A DNA stretch of 58,398 bases from Chitinophagaceae bacterium (GCA_947446585.1 CANFGZ010000001.1:1-58398); one strand, 5' to 3'; numbered from the stretch's first letter, positions 18,923 through 29,767 are shown. Program-made: numbers and translations. The notes: generated by a model not told the origin, from the sequence alone.

Positions 18923-19513
18923 ATGGCTAAGATTATAGCTTCAAAAAATGGCACAAAAAAGGATGTTATCATCAAAAAGGCAGCATTTCTATTTAGAAAA
19001 AAAGGCTTTGCCAGAACTTCTATGAGAGAACTGGCCGAAAATATTGGTGTTGAGGCATCCAGTTTATATAATCATATTGGTTCTAAAAGCGAATTGCTTC
19101 AAAATATCTGTTTTAAAGTAGCCAATGATTTTACGGTACAATTAAATGAAACCGAAAAATCATCTACAGATACTCAAACCAAACTGGAAAATCTCATTCG
19201 GTTTCATATTCACATGATGCTGGATTTATATGATGAAGTTTTTGTGGCCAATCATGAATGGAAACAATTAGAAGAGCCTTTTCTCAGTAATTTTTTAAAT
19301 CAACGTAAGTTGTACGAAAGCAGAATGATTGAAATGGTAAGATCCGGAATCAGAAAAAAAGAATTAAAAAACATTCATCCCCATGTAGCGGTGTTTACCA
19401 TTCTTTCTGCTGTAAGAGGATTAGAACTATGGCAAAGACATAAAAAAAACATAACCATCAAAGAACTTGAAACCAATATGATTAACCAACTTTTAAACGG
19501 CATCTCTAAATAA
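18923..19513 (+). CDS. TetR/AcrR family regulator of the paa cluster (PaaR-like)
   Basis: AAFLFRKKGF..TSMRELAENIGVEASSLYNHIGSKSELL; heads the paa genes. Confidence 0.9.
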   Translation: MAKIIASKNGTKKDVIIKKAAFLFRKKGFARTSMRELAENIGVEASSLYNHIGSKSELLQNICFKVANDFTVQLNETEKSSTDTQTKLENLIRFHIHMMLDLYDEVFVANHEWKQLEEPFLSNFLNQRKLYESRMIEMVRSGIRKKELKNIHPHVAVFTILSAVRGLELWQRHKKNITIKELETNMINQLLNGISK

Positions 19514-19520
19514 TTAAATC

Positions 19521-20597
19521 ATGTCAAATCATTTTCACACATTAAAAATCAGACAAATAAAAAAAGAAACTGCAGATTGTGTTTCAATTTGTTTTGACAC
19601 TTCCAGTGAACCAGAAAATAGTTTTCTTTTTAAAGAAGGACAGAATGTTACCATCAAAAAAAATATTAAGGGTGAAGAAATCCGAAGATCCTATTCTATT
19701 TGTAATGCTCCTTATGAAATGGAATTGAGAATTGCTGTAAAAAAAGTAGACCAGGGTTTGTTTTCAACTTTTGCTAATGAAGATCTTAAGCGTAATGAAA
19801 CTTTGGAAGTAATGCCACCAACGGGTAAATTCAATGCTCATTTGAATGAAGAAAAGCCTCAATACCTTGCCATTGCTGCCGGAAGTGGAATCACGCCAAT
19901 TATTTCAATCATTAAGCACACATTGTATCATCAGCAGAATAGTAAGTTTACATTGATTTACGGAAATAAAAACAGGGCGTCTATAATTTTCTTTGAAGAA
20001 CTGGAAAGTATAAAGAATAAATTTATGGACCGATTTACACTTATTAATATTTTAAGCAGAGAAAAAACAGAATCTACTGTAAATTATGGAAGAATTAATG
20101 AAGAAAAATTAGATGAACTGAGTAAAATAATTGATTATAAAAAATTTGGCGCTGCATATATATGCGGACCAGAATCTATGATTTTTTCATCAACTGAATT
20201 TTTACAGAAATCTGGATTGGATAAAAACAATATTCATTTTGAATTATTTGCAACACCGGGACAAAAACAATATTCAAACGTTGATCAAATTACCAAAGAA
20301 GAATCTTCGGGTCCTAAAAGTAATGTTACAATTAAGTTAGATGGTAGAACTTTTTCTTTTCCGCTTTCTTATAATGGGATTAGTATCCTTGATGCAGCAT
20401 TAAAAGAAGGCGCAGATTTGCCTTATGCCTGTAAGGGTGGCGTTTGTTGTACCTGCAGAGCCAAACTTTTATCAGGAAATATTTCAATGGATGTGAATTA
20501 CGCTTTAGAGAAAGAAGAGGTTGAACAAGGATTTATTTTGACCTGTCAGTCGCATCCGACAACAGAAAATGTGGTGATTGATTTTGATGTGAAATAA
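19521..20597 (+). CDS. paaE: Phenylacetyl-CoA epoxidase reductase subunit
   Basis: RSYSIC FAD motif, AAGSGITP, CGP, 2Fe-2S motif CKGGVCCTC...C. Confidence 0.92.
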   Translation: MSNHFHTLKIRQIKKETADCVSICFDTSSEPENSFLFKEGQNVTIKKNIKGEEIRRSYSICNAPYEMELRIAVKKVDQGLFSTFANEDLKRNETLEVMPPTGKFNAHLNEEKPQYLAIAAGSGITPIISIIKHTLYHQQNSKFTLIYGNKNRASIIFFEELESIKNKFMDRFTLINILSREKTESTVNYGRINEEKLDELSKIIDYKKFGAAYICGPESMIFSSTEFLQKSGLDKNNIHFELFATPGQKQYSNVDQITKEESSGPKSNVTIKLDGRTFSFPLSYNGISILDAALKEGADLPYACKGGVCCTCRAKLLSGNISMDVNYALEKEEVEQGFILTCQSHPTTENVVIDFDVK

Positions 20598-20598
20598 C

Positions 20599-20988
20599 TT
20601 TCTACCGCAGAGAAGCAGAGGAAATAGAGTTTACGCTGAGGTTTTTTTAATAGATAATTTCTCAGTAATGTCTCCTGTAAGGGACGTTGCTCCTTATGAA
20701 AGCTACGAATGGTTAATTTTTTAGCCCGGAGAATTGAGAAAATGAGATTTCGCAGAGGATGTAATTGAGCAATTCAATTTGACAATATGATTTTTGTTCC
20801 ATAGGAACAATTTGTCTTTAGCCCGAAATGATGAAATTTTTTTCGTTCCATTGGAACGTTTCGTGATGTAATTAGCCACGAATTTTTTACCGCAGAGATG
20901 AGTGAGAGGAGTTAACGCAGAGATTTTGTATTAATTAATGGTTTACACTCAGTGTAGGCTCGTTCCCTCTAAAATTCAGCGGTAAAAA
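20599..20988 (+). mobile_element. Composite intergenic repeat element, copy 1 (non-coding, REP/MITE-like)
   Basis: ACCGCAGAG-type terminal units in inverted orientation, hairpin A at 20661-20690, paired GTTCC-N3-GGAAC palindromes at 20795-20866; same module order inverted at 32597-32998. Confidence 0.7.
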
Positions 20989-20989
20989 C

Positions 20990-21011
20990 AAAACTAACAT
21001 TTGTTAGTTTT
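20990..21011. promoter_or_regulatory. TetR (PaaR-type) operator 2 upstream of paaA
   Basis: Palindrome AAAACTAACATTTGTTAGTTTT; TACCTTTA -7-like element at 21027-21034. Confidence 0.8.
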
Positions 21012-21051
21012 TATTAAAATAATTTTTACCTTTACTTCCTAAATTACTATT

Positions 21052-21999
21052 ATGTCAATTCACGATTTAGAACTAGCATTCCAAGATAAAATCGATAACG
21101 AAATTAAAATTGAGCCCAAAGACTGGATGCCTGAGGCTTACCGCAAAACAAACTTGCGTCAGATTAGTCAGCATGCACACAGTGAAATCGTAGGCATGTT
21201 ACCGGAAGGCAACTGGATTTCAAGAGCCCCTTCTTTAAAACGAAAAGCTATATTAATCGCGAAAGTTCAGGATGAAGCTGGGCATGGTTTATACTTATAT
21301 GCCGCAGCCGAAACACTAGGCATGAGCAGAGATCAACTGGTTGAAGATCTAAATAGCGGTAAAGCAAAATACTCTTCCATTTTTAATTATCCCACTTTAA
21401 CCTGGGCAGATATGGGTGCTGTTGGTTGGCTCGTTGATGGAGCGGCAATATTAAATCAGGTAATGCTTTGCAGAACTTCTTATGGCCCTTACGCAAGAGC
21501 CATGGTGCGTATATGCAAGGAAGAAAGCTTTCATCAGCGTCAGGGATTCGAATCATTGCTGGTATTAAGTAAAGGAACAAAAGAACAGCGTGAAATGTGT
21601 CAGGATGCAATAAACAGGTGGTGGTGGCCAAGTTTAATGATGTTTGGACCTAAAGACAGTGAAAGCACTAACAGTGATCAAAGCATGAAATGGAAAATCA
21701 AAAGAAAAACAAATGACGAGCTCCGTCAGAATTTTGTTGATATGATTGCTGAACAAATAAAATTGCTGGGTATGACACTTCCTGATCCCAATCTTAAATG
21801 GAATGAAAATAGAAAACATTATGACTTTGGTGAAATCAACTGGGAAGAATTTTGGAATGTAGTAAAAGGTAATGGTCCATGTAACAAACAACGGTTAGCC
21901 GCAAGAAATAAGGCGCATGATGAAGGTGCGTGGGTAAGGGCAGCAGCGATGGCATACGCTGAAAAAAGAAAAAATAAATTAAAAACAAAGGCAGCATAA
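21052..21999 (+). CDS. paaA: 1,2-phenylacetyl-CoA epoxidase subunit A
   Basis: [39 protein letters not shown]. Confidence 0.97.
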   Translation: MSIHDLELAFQDKIDNEIKIEPKDWMPEAYRKTNLRQISQHAHSEIVGMLPEGNWISRAPSLKRKAILIAKVQDEAGHGLYLYAAAETLGMSRDQLVEDLNSGKAKYSSIFNYPTLTWADMGAVGWLVDGAAILNQVMLCRTSYGPYARAMVRICKEESFHQRQGFESLLVLSKGTKEQREMCQDAINRWWWPSLMMFGPKDSESTNSDQSMKWKIKRKTNDELRQNFVDMIAEQIKLLGMTLPDPNLKWNENRKHYDFGEINWEEFWNVVKGNGPCNKQRLAARNKAHDEGAWVRAAAMAYAEKRKNKLKTKAA

Positions 22000-22014
22000 A
22001 TAAATTCATTTATT

Positions 22015-22383
22015 ATGAACATTCTAATAAAAAAATTCTATTACGGAGATATTCCAGATGGTGCATCTGAAAATGAAAAACCAAACACCCATAAATTATC
22101 TGAAACTTCATGGCCACTATGGGAAGTTTTTATGCGCAGCAAACAAGGACTTGATCATAAGCATGCAGGTAGTCTTCATGCAGCAGATGCACAAATGGCC
22201 ATTGAAAACGCAAGAGATGTATATACAAGAAGACAAGAAGGCATCAGTATTTGGGTAGTAGAAAGTAAATATATTCATGCCAGCAATCCTGATGATTCGG
22301 AAATGTTTTATGAACCTTCTGAAGATAAAGTATATCGTCATCCTACTTTTTATGATTTACCGGATGAAGTGAAGCATATGTGA
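22015..22383 (+). CDS. paaB: 1,2-phenylacetyl-CoA epoxidase subunit B
   Basis: WPLWEVF.RSKQGLDHKHAGSLHAAD, ARDVYTRR.EG, KVYRHPTFY. Confidence 0.96.
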   Translation: MNILIKKFYYGDIPDGASENEKPNTHKLSETSWPLWEVFMRSKQGLDHKHAGSLHAADAQMAIENARDVYTRRQEGISIWVVESKYIHASNPDDSEMFYEPSEDKVYRHPTFYDLPDEVKHM

Positions 22384-22495
22384 GTAAGGTTTATGTTAAA
22401 TGGTTTAAAACAGTTAAAGTTGGTTTCTATATATCATCCGTCTTCGTCAAATTCTAGTTGGTGTTTCAATTTCAGGTTATTTAAATAATTATCAA

Positions 22496-23245
22496 ATGAA
22501 CAAATCATCAAATCAACTAATTGATTACACACTTTATCTCGGTGATTGTGCCCTTATTCTGGGACAGCGTAATGCAGAGTGGTGTGCACATGGGCCTATA
22601 TTAGAACAAGATATTGCTATTACAAATATTACTTTGGATGTAATCGGACAATCACGAAATTTTTATCAATATGCTGCTCAATTAATTAATGCTGTTGAAA
22701 ATAAAAACGTAACAGAAGATTCACTAGCATATTTAAGAACAGAAAGAGATTTTAAAAATCTATTACTCTGTGAATTGCCAAATGGAGATTGGGCGCAAAC
22801 TGTTTTGCGTCAGTTTTTTTTCAGCACATTTCAGCAATTACTTTTTGAGAAATTAAAAGACGGCCCTGATGAACATTTATCAGCAATCGCCGTAAAATCT
22901 ATTAAAGAAATTAATTACCATATTAAATGGAGCGGCGAATGGGTAATCAGATTAGGTGATGGAACGGAAGAAAGCCATAACAGAATGATTAACGCTGTTA
23001 ACAATCTATGGATGTACACAGGTGAATTTTTTATTGCTGCAGATTATGAAAACTCAGATTTAATATTACTAAAAAATAAATGGCTTGAAAAAGTAAAAGA
23101 TATTTTTGATGAAGCTACACTAACGGTTCCAGAAAACGTATTCATGCAAACCGGAGGTAAAACAGGTAATCATACAGAATATCTAGGATTTGTATTATCA
23201 GAAATGCAGTCATTACAAAGAACATATCCCGGTGCGGAATGGTAA
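22496..23245 (+). CDS. paaC: 1,2-phenylacetyl-CoA epoxidase subunit C
   Basis: LGQRNAEWCAHGPILEQDIA, ELPNGDW, KEINYH, C-terminal YPGAEW. Confidence 0.96.
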   Translation: MNKSSNQLIDYTLYLGDCALILGQRNAEWCAHGPILEQDIAITNITLDVIGQSRNFYQYAAQLINAVENKNVTEDSLAYLRTERDFKNLLLCELPNGDWAQTVLRQFFFSTFQQLLFEKLKDGPDEHLSAIAVKSIKEINYHIKWSGEWVIRLGDGTEESHNRMINAVNNLWMYTGEFFIAADYENSDLILLKNKWLEKVKDIFDEATLTVPENVFMQTGGKTGNHTEYLGFVLSEMQSLQRTYPGAEW

Positions 23246-23257
23246 TCTTTTATTATT

Positions 23258-23752
23258 TTGAATAACAATAAGGAACATATTTATTCTTTACTCGAACAGG
23301 TTTGTGATCCTGAAATTCCTGTTTTAACAATTCTTGATCTTGGTATAGTAAGAGATGTTATTTGTGCTGATGATCAAGAAATTGAAATCATTATCACTCC
23401 CACTTATTCCGGTTGTCCGGCAATGGATGCTATTGCTTTCGACATCAAACTAAAAATGTTAGAAAATGGTTTTAATAAAGTTAAGATTACCTACACCTTA
23501 AATCCCGCCTGGACTACAGACTGGATGACGGAGTCGGGGAAATCAAAATTAAAATCATACGGAATTGCACCTCCACAAAATGTTTCCTCACGAATTAATA
23601 AAATAATGTTTAACGAGGAACAAAATATCGAGTGTCCGCTTTGTCATTCTATACACACAAAACTATTAAGCGAGTTTGGTTCAACAGCATGTAAATCTCT
23701 TTATCAATGCAACGATTGTAAAGAGCCATTTGATTATTTCAAATGTCACTAA
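23258..23752 (+). CDS. paaD: 1,2-phenylacetyl-CoA epoxidase subunit D
   Basis: DPEIPVLTILDLGIVR, TPTYSGCPAM, PAWTTDW, FGSTACK..C..CKEPFDYFKCH. Confidence 0.96.
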   Translation: MNNNKEHIYSLLEQVCDPEIPVLTILDLGIVRDVICADDQEIEIIITPTYSGCPAMDAIAFDIKLKMLENGFNKVKITYTLNPAWTTDWMTESGKSKLKSYGIAPPQNVSSRINKIMFNEEQNIECPLCHSIHTKLLSEFGSTACKSLYQCNDCKEPFDYFKCH

Positions 23753-23787
23753 TATGCTTAACTTTAGTTTAATTCAATTCATATAAA

Positions 23788-24432
23788 ATGAATATCAGCA
23801 TTTATCTCGAAGAAGCCGGTCAAATTTCAGTTGCATTCATTATTGGCGCCATACTTGGTTTGGAAAGAGAGTTCAGAAGTAAAGCAGCAGGATTCAGAAC
23901 AATGATCTTGATTTCTGTGGGTTCCTGTTTGTTTACCATTTTATCAAAAGAATCTGGCTCAATTGGTGCCAGCGATCGTATTGCCAGTAATATAGTAACA
24001 GGAATTGGTTTTATTGGTGCCGGTGTTATTTTCAAAGAAGGCATTTCTGTGAAAGGACTTACTACGGCAGCATTAATCTGGATAACTGCAGCATTGGGTA
24101 TGGCTATTGGATATCACAATTATCCCGTAGCCATTGTGGTAACTATTATAGTTGTTATCGCACTGTTTATTTTAGAACCTGTACACCGATTTATTCATAA
24201 ATTTCACAAAGTAAAAGATTATAAAATAATTACTGATGGTGTTGGCAATAACCTGAGAGAAGATTTAGAAAAGTTTTTCAATTTGCACAAACTTGGTTAC
24301 CGTTGTATGAAAGTGGTAAAAGAAAATAATGATGCAATTTTTCTTTACAGAATTAGTTCCCGCGACAGAAATTACGATCTAGTGAATCAATTTTTACTGG
24401 AGCACAAAGAAGTAAGAAGTTTTGACGTTTAA
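23788..24432 (+). CDS. MgtC/SapB family membrane protein
   Basis: GLERE..SKAAGFRT, RIASNIVTGIGFIGAGVI, GLTTAALIW. Confidence 0.93.
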   Translation: MNISIYLEEAGQISVAFIIGAILGLEREFRSKAAGFRTMILISVGSCLFTILSKESGSIGASDRIASNIVTGIGFIGAGVIFKEGISVKGLTTAALIWITAALGMAIGYHNYPVAIVVTIIVVIALFILEPVHRFIHKFHKVKDYKIITDGVGNNLREDLEKFFNLHKLGYRCMKVVKENNDAIFLYRISSRDRNYDLVNQFLLEHKEVRSFDV

Positions 24433-24441
24433 TATTTAATT

Positions 24442-25218
24442 ATGAATTCTATACTATTTGAAATTAAAAACAATGTTGGCATTATCACATTAAACCGGCC
24501 TGATAAATTTAATTCATTTAACAGAGAGATGGCGTTGTTGTTACAACATACCCTTGATGATTGCGAGCGGGATAAAAATGTTCGCAGCATTTATATTACC
24601 GGAAGCGGAAAAGCTTTTTGTGCAGGACAAGATCTCGGAGAAGTGATTGGCGAAAATCCTGCTACATTCGATAAAATCCTGATTGAACATTATAATCCTA
24701 TAGTAACCCGAATCAGAAATATTGGAAAACCTGTGGTATGCGCTGTAAATGGTGTTGCAGCCGGCGCTGGTGCAAATATTGCCTTGTGCTGTGATATTGT
24801 TGTAGCAAATGAACACGCATCTTTTATTCAGGCTTTTTCTAAAATTGGATTGATTCCTGATAGCGGTGGAACTTATTTTTTACCCAGATTAATTGGATTT
24901 CAAAAAGCCAGTGCATTGATGATGCTGGGCGATAAAGTAAATGCTGTTGATGCAGAAAAAATGGGAATGATTTATAAACATTTTTCTGAAGAAGACTTTA
25001 AGACAGAATCTTTAAAAATTGCTGAAACGCTGGCCCAAATGCCAACACAAGCTTTCTCATTAACCAAACAGGCACTAAACCAATCTTTGCAAAATAGTTT
25101 TTCAGAACAATTGAATCTTGAAGATAAATTACAAAACAAAGCAGCGCTTACTTATGATTATAATGAAGGAGTAAATGCCTTTATTGAAAAAAGAAAACCT
25201 AATTTTAAAGGAGAATAA
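24442..25218 (+). CDS. paaG: Enoyl-CoA hydratase/isomerase, PaaG-type
   Basis: LNRPD, FCAGQDL, AAGAGANIAL, KIGLIPDSGG; paa context. Confidence 0.88.
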   Translation: MNSILFEIKNNVGIITLNRPDKFNSFNREMALLLQHTLDDCERDKNVRSIYITGSGKAFCAGQDLGEVIGENPATFDKILIEHYNPIVTRIRNIGKPVVCAVNGVAAGAGANIALCCDIVVANEHASFIQAFSKIGLIPDSGGTYFLPRLIGFQKASALMMLGDKVNAVDAEKMGMIYKHFSEEDFKTESLKIAETLAQMPTQAFSLTKQALNQSLQNSFSEQLNLEDKLQNKAALTYDYNEGVNAFIEKRKPNFKGE

Positions 25219-25220
25219 TT

Positions 25221-25646
25221 ATGAACACCGAAAATGATTTGAAAGCAACACAAGTTGTTGATCACATGATGAAACATGATTTATTCAGCCAATGGTTGGG
25301 TATTGAAGTAATAGAAATAAAAGAGGGATATAGCAAAATCAAAATGATCATAAGAAAAGAAATGATCAATGGTTTGGGTATTATTCATGGTGGAGTCACA
25401 TTCTCCATGGCAGACAGCGCGTTTGCTTTTGCCTGTAATAACAGAAACGTGTTATCCGTAGCGTTAGATACCAGTATTAATTTTTTAAAACCTGTTCATG
25501 TAGATGACATATTGATTGCAGAAGCGAAAGAATTACATAATGGCAAATCAACAGGGTTATATCATATCACCATCACCAATCAGCATGATCATACTGTAGC
25601 TTTTTTTAAAGGCACGTGCTATAGAACTCAAAAATCATTAATCTGA
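25221..25646 (+). CDS. paaI: Hydroxyphenylacetyl-CoA thioesterase (hotdog fold)
   Basis: NGLGIIHGG..FSMADSAFAFACN. Confidence 0.92.
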   Translation: MNTENDLKATQVVDHMMKHDLFSQWLGIEVIEIKEGYSKIKMIIRKEMINGLGIIHGGVTFSMADSAFAFACNNRNVLSVALDTSINFLKPVHVDDILIAEAKELHNGKSTGLYHITITNQHDHTVAFFKGTCYRTQKSLI

Positions 25647-25651
25647 TTATT

Positions 25652-26245
25652 ATGATTTATAAATTCAATAATATTATTCCGGTAATTGATCCCAGTAGTT
25701 TTATTCATCCACAGGCATGCGTTACAGGAAATGTGATCATTGGAAAAAATGTTTATGTGGGACCGGGGGCTGCTATCCGTGGCGATTGGGGGCAAATTAT
25801 TATTGAAGATGGTTGTAATATTCAGGAAAATTGCACAATTCACATGTTTCCGGGCACTACGGTATTGCTTAAAGAAAATGCACATATCGGACATGGCGCT
25901 ATTATTCACGGCGCTATTATCGGAAAAAATTCTTTAGTGGGTATGAATGCGGTGATAATGGACAATGTTCAATTGGGTGATGAATGCATTGTTGGCGCAC
26001 TTAGCTTTATAAAAACAGATGATATATTTGAAAACAGAAGCCTGATTGTTGGCAATCCCGCAAAAAAAATTAAAGAGGTGTCTGATCAAATGATTCAATG
26101 GAAATCATCAGGAACTCAATTGTATCAGCAACTCCCTGAAGAAATGAAAAATCATTGGGAAGCTTGTGAGCCTTTAATATCAATACCTACAGACAGAAAA
26201 ATAACTTATCCCAATTACAAACCCTGGCGAAAAAATGCAGATTAG
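25652..26245 (+). CDS. paaY: PaaY/CaiE-like hexapeptide-repeat protein (gamma carbonic anhydrase fold)
   Basis: IRGDWG, NIQENCTIHMFPG, HIGHGAIIHG. Confidence 0.85.
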   Translation: MIYKFNNIIPVIDPSSFIHPQACVTGNVIIGKNVYVGPGAAIRGDWGQIIIEDGCNIQENCTIHMFPGTTVLLKENAHIGHGAIIHGAIIGKNSLVGMNAVIMDNVQLGDECIVGALSFIKTDDIFENRSLIVGNPAKKIKEVSDQMIQWKSSGTQLYQQLPEEMKNHWEACEPLISIPTDRKITYPNYKPWRKNAD

Positions 26246-26265
26246 TGAACAACTATTAATACCAA

Positions 26266-26919
26266 CTATTTTTTAAGAAGCCCTTCCTTTTTCATTTTAG
26301 ATACCAAATCATCCACAAAATCTTTGCTGAATTTATTCAATGAAGTTGGATTAAATAATTCTGATTGTATAGAAATCATTAACTCATCCGTTTGGGTATC
26401 ATATAAATTACTTTGAAGAAAATAATTTTGATTGTTTGTATAATATCCAGGAGTAGTTACTGATGGTCTCCAATAGTCATAATAATTTACAAAACTTCCA
26501 TTCCAACTATAATAAGGCAAGGGCGTGTACGCAGTAGTTCCGGGCGTATATCTAACACTTTCTTCTTTTCTCAACAGCGTAACTACAAAAGCGGCGTCAC
26601 ATCCTGAAGCTTTTACACTTTTAATCAGTATTTCTTTATCCGGAAAGCTTACATCTGAAAGAGAAGGTGGAAGGGCATCAATACTGCTTATTACTTCAAA
26701 ACCTTTTTCTTCAGCTTTAGCAGCAAGAGCACCTTCGATGGCTTTCCTTGCCTGAATATCGGCAGTTTCGGCTACGACATATATTTTTTTATACGACTTA
26801 TTCTGCATTTTTTCTTTGTTAACCCAAATACCCGACAATTCGCTGGAAGAAGTACAGGAAAACATCATTATTGTAGTTAATAACAATGAAACGAAATAAA
26901 AATATTTTTTTATTTGCAT
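26266..26919 (-). CDS. Hypothetical lipoprotein
   Basis: Lipobox MFS-C; Tyr/Gly-rich segment RYTPG..YY..YYDY..PGYY. Confidence 0.8.
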   Translation of the reverse strand: MQIKKYFYFVSLLLTTIMMFSCTSSSELSGIWVNKEKMQNKSYKKIYVVAETADIQARKAIEGALAAKAEEKGFEVISSIDALPPSLSDVSFPDKEILIKSVKASGCDAAFVVTLLRKEESVRYTPGTTAYTPLPYYSWNGSFVNYYDYWRPSVTTPGYYTNNQNYFLQSNLYDTQTDELMISIQSELFNPTSLNKFSKDFVDDLVSKMKKEGLLKK

Positions 26920-27087
26920 GAGCTATTTTTTTAAGTTGTAAATATCATTATTTATTTCGACTTTTTTATCCGGAATTTGATTTTGAAATGAGGGACACAA
27001 GAATTTAAAAAAAGGGTTTGAAATTATTTTCCCTTTAACCTTTAATTAACCAAGGTTTAGTCTAAATTTGCCGCACAAGAAACTAAT

Positions 27088-27810
27088 ATGAGAAAGATAT
27101 TTTTTTTGCTTTTTGCAATTACTGTAACGAATACTATTTGGGCTCAAAGTCCGCTTCCAAAAACAAAAAATGACATAACCAAACAACCTAATGATCATTT
27201 TATGATTCAGCTAAGTTCCGACAGATGGCTTGGAGCGCCCGATAGCATTGATAATCACAGAAAAGGAAATTCCAGAGGTGCCAATATGTATGTCATGATT
27301 AATAAGCCCTTCAAAAATAATTCGAATTTTAGTGCTGCTTTTGGTATTGGTGTTGGAACCAGTAATATTTTCTTAGACAAAATGGATGCTGATATTATTG
27401 GAGTTACCCGTGTGCTTAAATTTAATTCACTGGATACTTTGGAGCGATTCAAAAAATACAAAATGAGTACTTCATATCTCGAGATTCCTGTTGAACTAAG
27501 GTTTTATTCAAATCCTCAAAATCCAAACAAATCCTTTAAAGTAGCCGTAGGAGTAAAAGTGGGTACTTTATTAAATGCCCATGTAAAAGGAAAAACATTA
27601 CAAAACGCTGCAGGAACAACTATTGTTGATTATACTCAAAAATTGGCTTCCAGAAGTTATTTTAATACCACCCGCCTCGCGGCTACGGTAAGATTTGGTT
27701 ATGCTAATTTCTCTGTTTTCGGTTCTTGTAATATTACTTCTATATTTAAAGATAATGTAGCAGCTAATATGAGTTTGCTACAATTTGGACTTAATTTCAG
27801 CGGGCTATAA
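27088..27810 (+). CDS. Outer-membrane beta-barrel protein (PorT-like)
   Basis: Signal peptide; YLEIPVELRF, amphipathic strands; TAAATTTG promoter element at 27063-27070. Confidence 0.8.
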   Translation: MRKIFFLLFAITVTNTIWAQSPLPKTKNDITKQPNDHFMIQLSSDRWLGAPDSIDNHRKGNSRGANMYVMINKPFKNNSNFSAAFGIGVGTSNIFLDKMDADIIGVTRVLKFNSLDTLERFKKYKMSTSYLEIPVELRFYSNPQNPNKSFKVAVGVKVGTLLNAHVKGKTLQNAAGTTIVDYTQKLASRSYFNTTRLAATVRFGYANFSVFGSCNITSIFKDNVAANMSLLQFGLNFSGL

Positions 27811-27909
27811 GTACAGCTTTTTTAAAAATTAATATTCGGCAGGGTTGGTATTTTTGTTTACTGACTTGCTATGCTCTATTTTTGCTCATCAATTTAGGCA
27901 ATCTCTATT

Positions 27910-29757
27910 ATGAGCGATGCAATAAAACACGAATGTGGCCTTGCCTTTATCAGGCTTAGAAAACCATTTAGCCATTATCAACAAAAATATCAGGACGTTC
28001 TTTACGGACTAACCAAATTGTACTTGCTGATGGAAAAGCAGCACAACAGAGGTCAGGATGGTGCGGGCGTGGCATCTCTTAAACTGGACACCGAGCCTGG
28101 TTATCCTTTCTTACACAGAATCAGAAGTAATGCCAATCAACCCATTGCCGATCTTTTTGACAGGATAGCAAATGAAATAAATGAAATAGAAAATCATCAG
28201 CCCGAAATAAGATTACATCCCGGATTAATGAAAGGACACCTCGATATTATGGGCGAAGTTCTTTTGGGACATCTGAGGTATGGAACTCAGGGTAAAAATG
28301 ATGTGGGGTTTTGTCACCCCTTCATTAAAAAAAATATTGTACCCGGAAGAAATCTTGCACTGGCGGGAAATTTCAACCTTATAAATACAGAAGAGCTTTT
28401 TAATCTTGTAAATATTAATCCGGATACTTTTCAGAAGCAAAGCGATCTGGCTGCAATGATGGAAGTTATTCATCATTTTATGGTAAAAGAAGATGATGAA
28501 AATCCCGGTAATATTGATATTGTAAAAGTGCTTCGTAATGCGGTGCCGCTTTTTGATGGCGGATTTAATTTTGCAGGCATGACAGGAAGTGGAACTTCGT
28601 TTATGGTAAGAGATGCACATGGCATAAGACCTTCTTATTATTATACCCATGATGATATTATTGTAGGAGCCAGTGAAAGAGCAGCTATCAGAACCGCCTT
28701 TAACCTGGAAGAAAATGAAGTACATGAGCTCATGCCTGGAACAGCTTTGATTGTAAATGTTGATGGCAGTTTTAAAATAGAAGAAATTGTACCGGCAAAA
28801 GAAAGAAAGGCCTGTAGTTTTGAAAGAATATATTTCAGCAGAGGCAGTGATGAAAAAATTTACAGAGAAAGAATTGCATTAGGATATCAGTTAAGTAGTA
28901 TCGTGTTGAAAGCGATAGATTATGATTTAAAAAACACTATTTTTTCTTTCATTCCCAACACCGCCGAAATTGCTTTTTATGGTTTAATAAAAGGTGCAGA
29001 AGATTATTTGAATAAAATAAAAATAGAAAGAATCTTAAGCTGGGGTAAAGACTACGACGAAGAAAAAATTACGGAAATGATAAACCGTAAAATTAGAATT
29101 GAAAAAATTGCCATCAAAGATGTTAAACTCAGAACGTTCATAACTGCAGACAATAGCCGAAATGAAATGGTGCAGCATGTTTATGATATTACCTACGGAA
29201 CCGTAAAGAAAAATACAGATACCCTTATTGTTATTGACGATAGCATAGTGAGAGGAACAACGCTTAAAGAAAGTATTATCAGAATGTTGGGCAGGCTAAA
29301 GCCTAAAAAAATAATCGTAGTTTCTTCTGCTCCACAAATTCGATATCCGGATTGTTATGGAATTGATATGAGTAAGCTTGGTGATTTTGTTGCTTTCAAA
29401 GCTGCTGTGAGTTTATTAAAAAAAACAGGGCAAGAAAATATACTTGATGAACTACTTGAAAAATGTAAAGAGCTGGAAAGAAATAATCAACTTCATTCTA
29501 TAAATCTCGTTCGTCAGATTTACAAACCTTTTTCATTGGAAGAAATATCCAATGAAATTGCAATGCTAATAACTCCGGTAGATTTTAATTTACCAGTAGA
29601 AGTTATTTATCAAACTATTGAAACTTTACATGAGGCCTGTCCCAACAATAAAGGCGATTGGTATTTTACAGGAAACTATCCTACGCCAGGTGGGAATAAA
29701 GTTTGCAACAAAGCATTAATGAATTATCTCGAAGGAAAAAACATCAGAGGTTATTGA
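27910..29757 (+). CDS. purF: Amidophosphoribosyltransferase
   Basis: KHE-CG N-terminal nucleophile, QHNRGQDGAG, GHLRYGT, VIDDSIVRGTT, YGIDM. Confidence 0.93.
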   Translation: MSDAIKHECGLAFIRLRKPFSHYQQKYQDVLYGLTKLYLLMEKQHNRGQDGAGVASLKLDTEPGYPFLHRIRSNANQPIADLFDRIANEINEIENHQPEIRLHPGLMKGHLDIMGEVLLGHLRYGTQGKNDVGFCHPFIKKNIVPGRNLALAGNFNLINTEELFNLVNINPDTFQKQSDLAAMMEVIHHFMVKEDDENPGNIDIVKVLRNAVPLFDGGFNFAGMTGSGTSFMVRDAHGIRPSYYYTHDDIIVGASERAAIRTAFNLEENEVHELMPGTALIVNVDGSFKIEEIVPAKERKACSFERIYFSRGSDEKIYRERIALGYQLSSIVLKAIDYDLKNTIFSFIPNTAEIAFYGLIKGAEDYLNKIKIERILSWGKDYDEEKITEMINRKIRIEKIAIKDVKLRTFITADNSRNEMVQHVYDITYGTVKKNTDTLIVIDDSIVRGTTLKESIIRMLGRLKPKKIIVVSSAPQIRYPDCYGIDMSKLGDFVAFKAAVSLLKKTGQENILDELLEKCKELERNNQLHSINLVRQIYKPFSLEEISNEIAMLITPVDFNLPVEVIYQTIETLHEACPNNKGDWYFTGNYPTPGGNKVCNKALMNYLEGKNIRGY

Positions 29758-29767
29758 TACAAATACC

